From positions 28,706,001-28,770,000 of the forward strand of contig OZ249444.1 in assembly GCA_965235115.1 (NCBI GenBank): a stretch of 64,000 bases of DNA, given 5' to 3'. Under the pieces are notes generated by a model. That model saw nothing but the letters and a program-made list of their open reading frames with translations. It had not been told where the DNA came from and ran no database searches. Each line of letters begins with the position of its first letter. Positions within the stretch are counted from its first letter, which is position 1. Of this stretch, positions 62,067 through 64,000 are shown piece after piece. Both the position numbers and the translations under genes were made by a program. The stretch is from Laetmonice hystrix (lineage: Eukaryota).

Positions 62067-62645
62067 CAGTGACCCAGGGTCTGCTGGGATATAACTGAAC
62101 AACCCCGGGGTGTGCAATTATCTGAGTACTTGTGTAACCGGGCCGGACTGACTACTTCCATTCACAACATCATCTTAACTTATACTCCTGTCAACGTCTA
62201 CTTCTACACTGGACAGTGACCCGGGGTCTGCTGGGATACAACTGAACAACCCCGGGGTGTGCAATTATGGGAGTACTTGTGTAACCGGGCCGGACTGACT
62301 ACTTCCATTCACAACATCATCTTAACTTATACTTCTGTCAACGTCTACTTCTACACTGGACAGTGACCCAGGGTCTGCTGGGATACAACTTAACAACCCC
62401 GGGGTGTGCAATTATCTGAGTACTTGTGTAACCGGGTCTGACTGACTACTTCCATTTACAACATCATCTTAACTTATACTTCTGTCAACGTCTACTTCTA
62501 CACTGGACAGTGACCCAGGGTCTGCTGGGATACAACTGAACAACCCCGGGGTGTGCAATTATGGGAGTACTTGTGTAACCGGGTCTGACTGACTACTTCC
62601 ATTCACAACATCATCTTAACTTGTACTTCTGTCAACGTCTCCTTC
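62067..62645. repeat. 147-bp tandem repeat, ~4 copies
   Basis: CAGTGACCC recurs at 62067, 62214, 62361 and 62508; stop codons in all six frames. Confidence 0.95.
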
Positions 62646-63049
62646 TTCTGGGAAAATCTCGGCCAATATCTTCAGGATAGTGTTCGAGCGAATTGTTTTA
62701 TGAGACGTGGCCATGGAGGAAATTATCAGGACATCCGAGGTCAAGTTACACAAATCAGTTTATTTTACAACAAGTCAATGACACGGAACTATTCCACATT
62801 TTCTTTCAAAAGTGAGATTACAAGAAGATAGTATTATTATTACAAGACTTAAGATAACAACAAGAAAGTGGCACAGCAGTTACGACCCGTCATACAACAA
62901 ATAAAACTTAACCCAAGCAACATTGGACAATACTCACCACGGATGTATGAGTTTTTAAAAGTTCGCTCTCTTTACGGATACTCAGCTGTTAGTAAGATAG
63001 TAGGTGGCCAATGAACGAGACCAGTCGTTTCATATCTTAAAGGGCCGGT

Positions 63050-64000
63050 CAAAGATTGGACTCAAAACACATCACAAACTCACTGACAGACTACCTCAGA
63101 AACCAAATGTTACCGATCAAACCGTTCTCTCCCAATCTTGGATGTCAATCAACTCAAAACACATCACAAACTCACTGACAGACTACCTCAGCAACCATTA
63201 CCGATCAAACCGTTCTCTCCCAATCTTGGATGTCAATCAACTCAAAACACATCACAAACTCACTGACAGACTACCTCAGCAACCATTACCGATCAAACCG
63301 TTCTCTCCCAATCTTGGATGTCAATCAACTCAAAACACATCACAAACTCACTGACAGACTACCTCAGCAACCATTACCGATCAAACCGTTCTCTCCCAAT
63401 CTTAGATGTCAATCAACTCAAAACACATCACAAACTCACTGACAGACTACCTCAGCAACCATTACCGATCAAACCGTTCTCTCCCAATCTTAGATGTCAA
63501 TCAACTCAAAACACATCACAAACTCACTGACAGACTACCTCACCAACCATTACCGATCAAACCGTTCTCTCCCAATCTTGGATGTCAATCAACTCAAAAC
63601 ACATCACAAACTCACTGACAGACTACCTCACCAACCATTACCGATCAAACCGTTCTCTCCCAATCTTAGATGTCAATCAACTCAAAACACATCACAAACT
63701 CACTGACAGACTACCTCAGCAACCACTGCCGATCAAACCGTTCTCTCCCAATCTTGGATGTCAATCAACTCAAAACACATCACAAACTCACTGACAGACT
63801 ACCTCAGCAACCATTACCGATCAAACCGTTCTCTCCCAATCTTAGATGTCAATCAACTCAAAACACATCACAAACTCACTGACAGACTACCTCAGCAACC
63901 ATTACCGATCAAACCGTTCTCTCCCAATCTTGGATGTCAATCAACTCAAAACACATCACAAACTCACTGACAGACTACCTCAGCAACCATTACCGATCAA
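63050..64000. repeat. 88-bp minisatellite, at least 10.5 copies, runs off the window end
   Basis: Unit CTCAAAACACATCACAAACTCACTGACAGACTACCTCAGCAACCATTACCGATCAAACCGTTCTCTCCCAATCTTGGATGTCAATCAA; track ORFs recur every 88 nt. Confidence 0.97.

Overview
Eukaryotic (metazoan, probably invertebrate; taxon is an inference) genomic DNA. It is almost entirely non-coding, and roughly a third is tandem repeat: more than 25 mini/microsatellite arrays with 12-147 bp units, the largest a ~6 kb 42/46-bp array. There is one 145-N assembly gap. Nearly all ORFs in the supplied track are read-through of these repeats. The only gene I can recognise is a single intact 205-nt minus-strand exon (59988-59784) of an MPDU1 orthologue (PQ-loop membrane protein for mannose-P-dolichol utilisation). 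By my recall of the human sequence it aligns without gaps to residues ~101-169 at about 40% identity. Its 3' splice site is the last unit of a minisatellite carrying about 14 decoy AGs. I could not find the remaining 3' MPDU1 exons in the 59.8 kb downstream. That suggests a giant intron, exons hidden in the gap, or an orphan exon. Two to three minus-strand 3'ss+GT motifs look like recursive splice sites. Also present: one clear TTAA-flanked Kolobok-type MITE, clusters of K50-homeodomain (Otx-type) motifs, and several unassigned exon-like segments. There is no CRISPR array, rRNA, tRNA, recognisable miRNA or autonomous transposon ORF.
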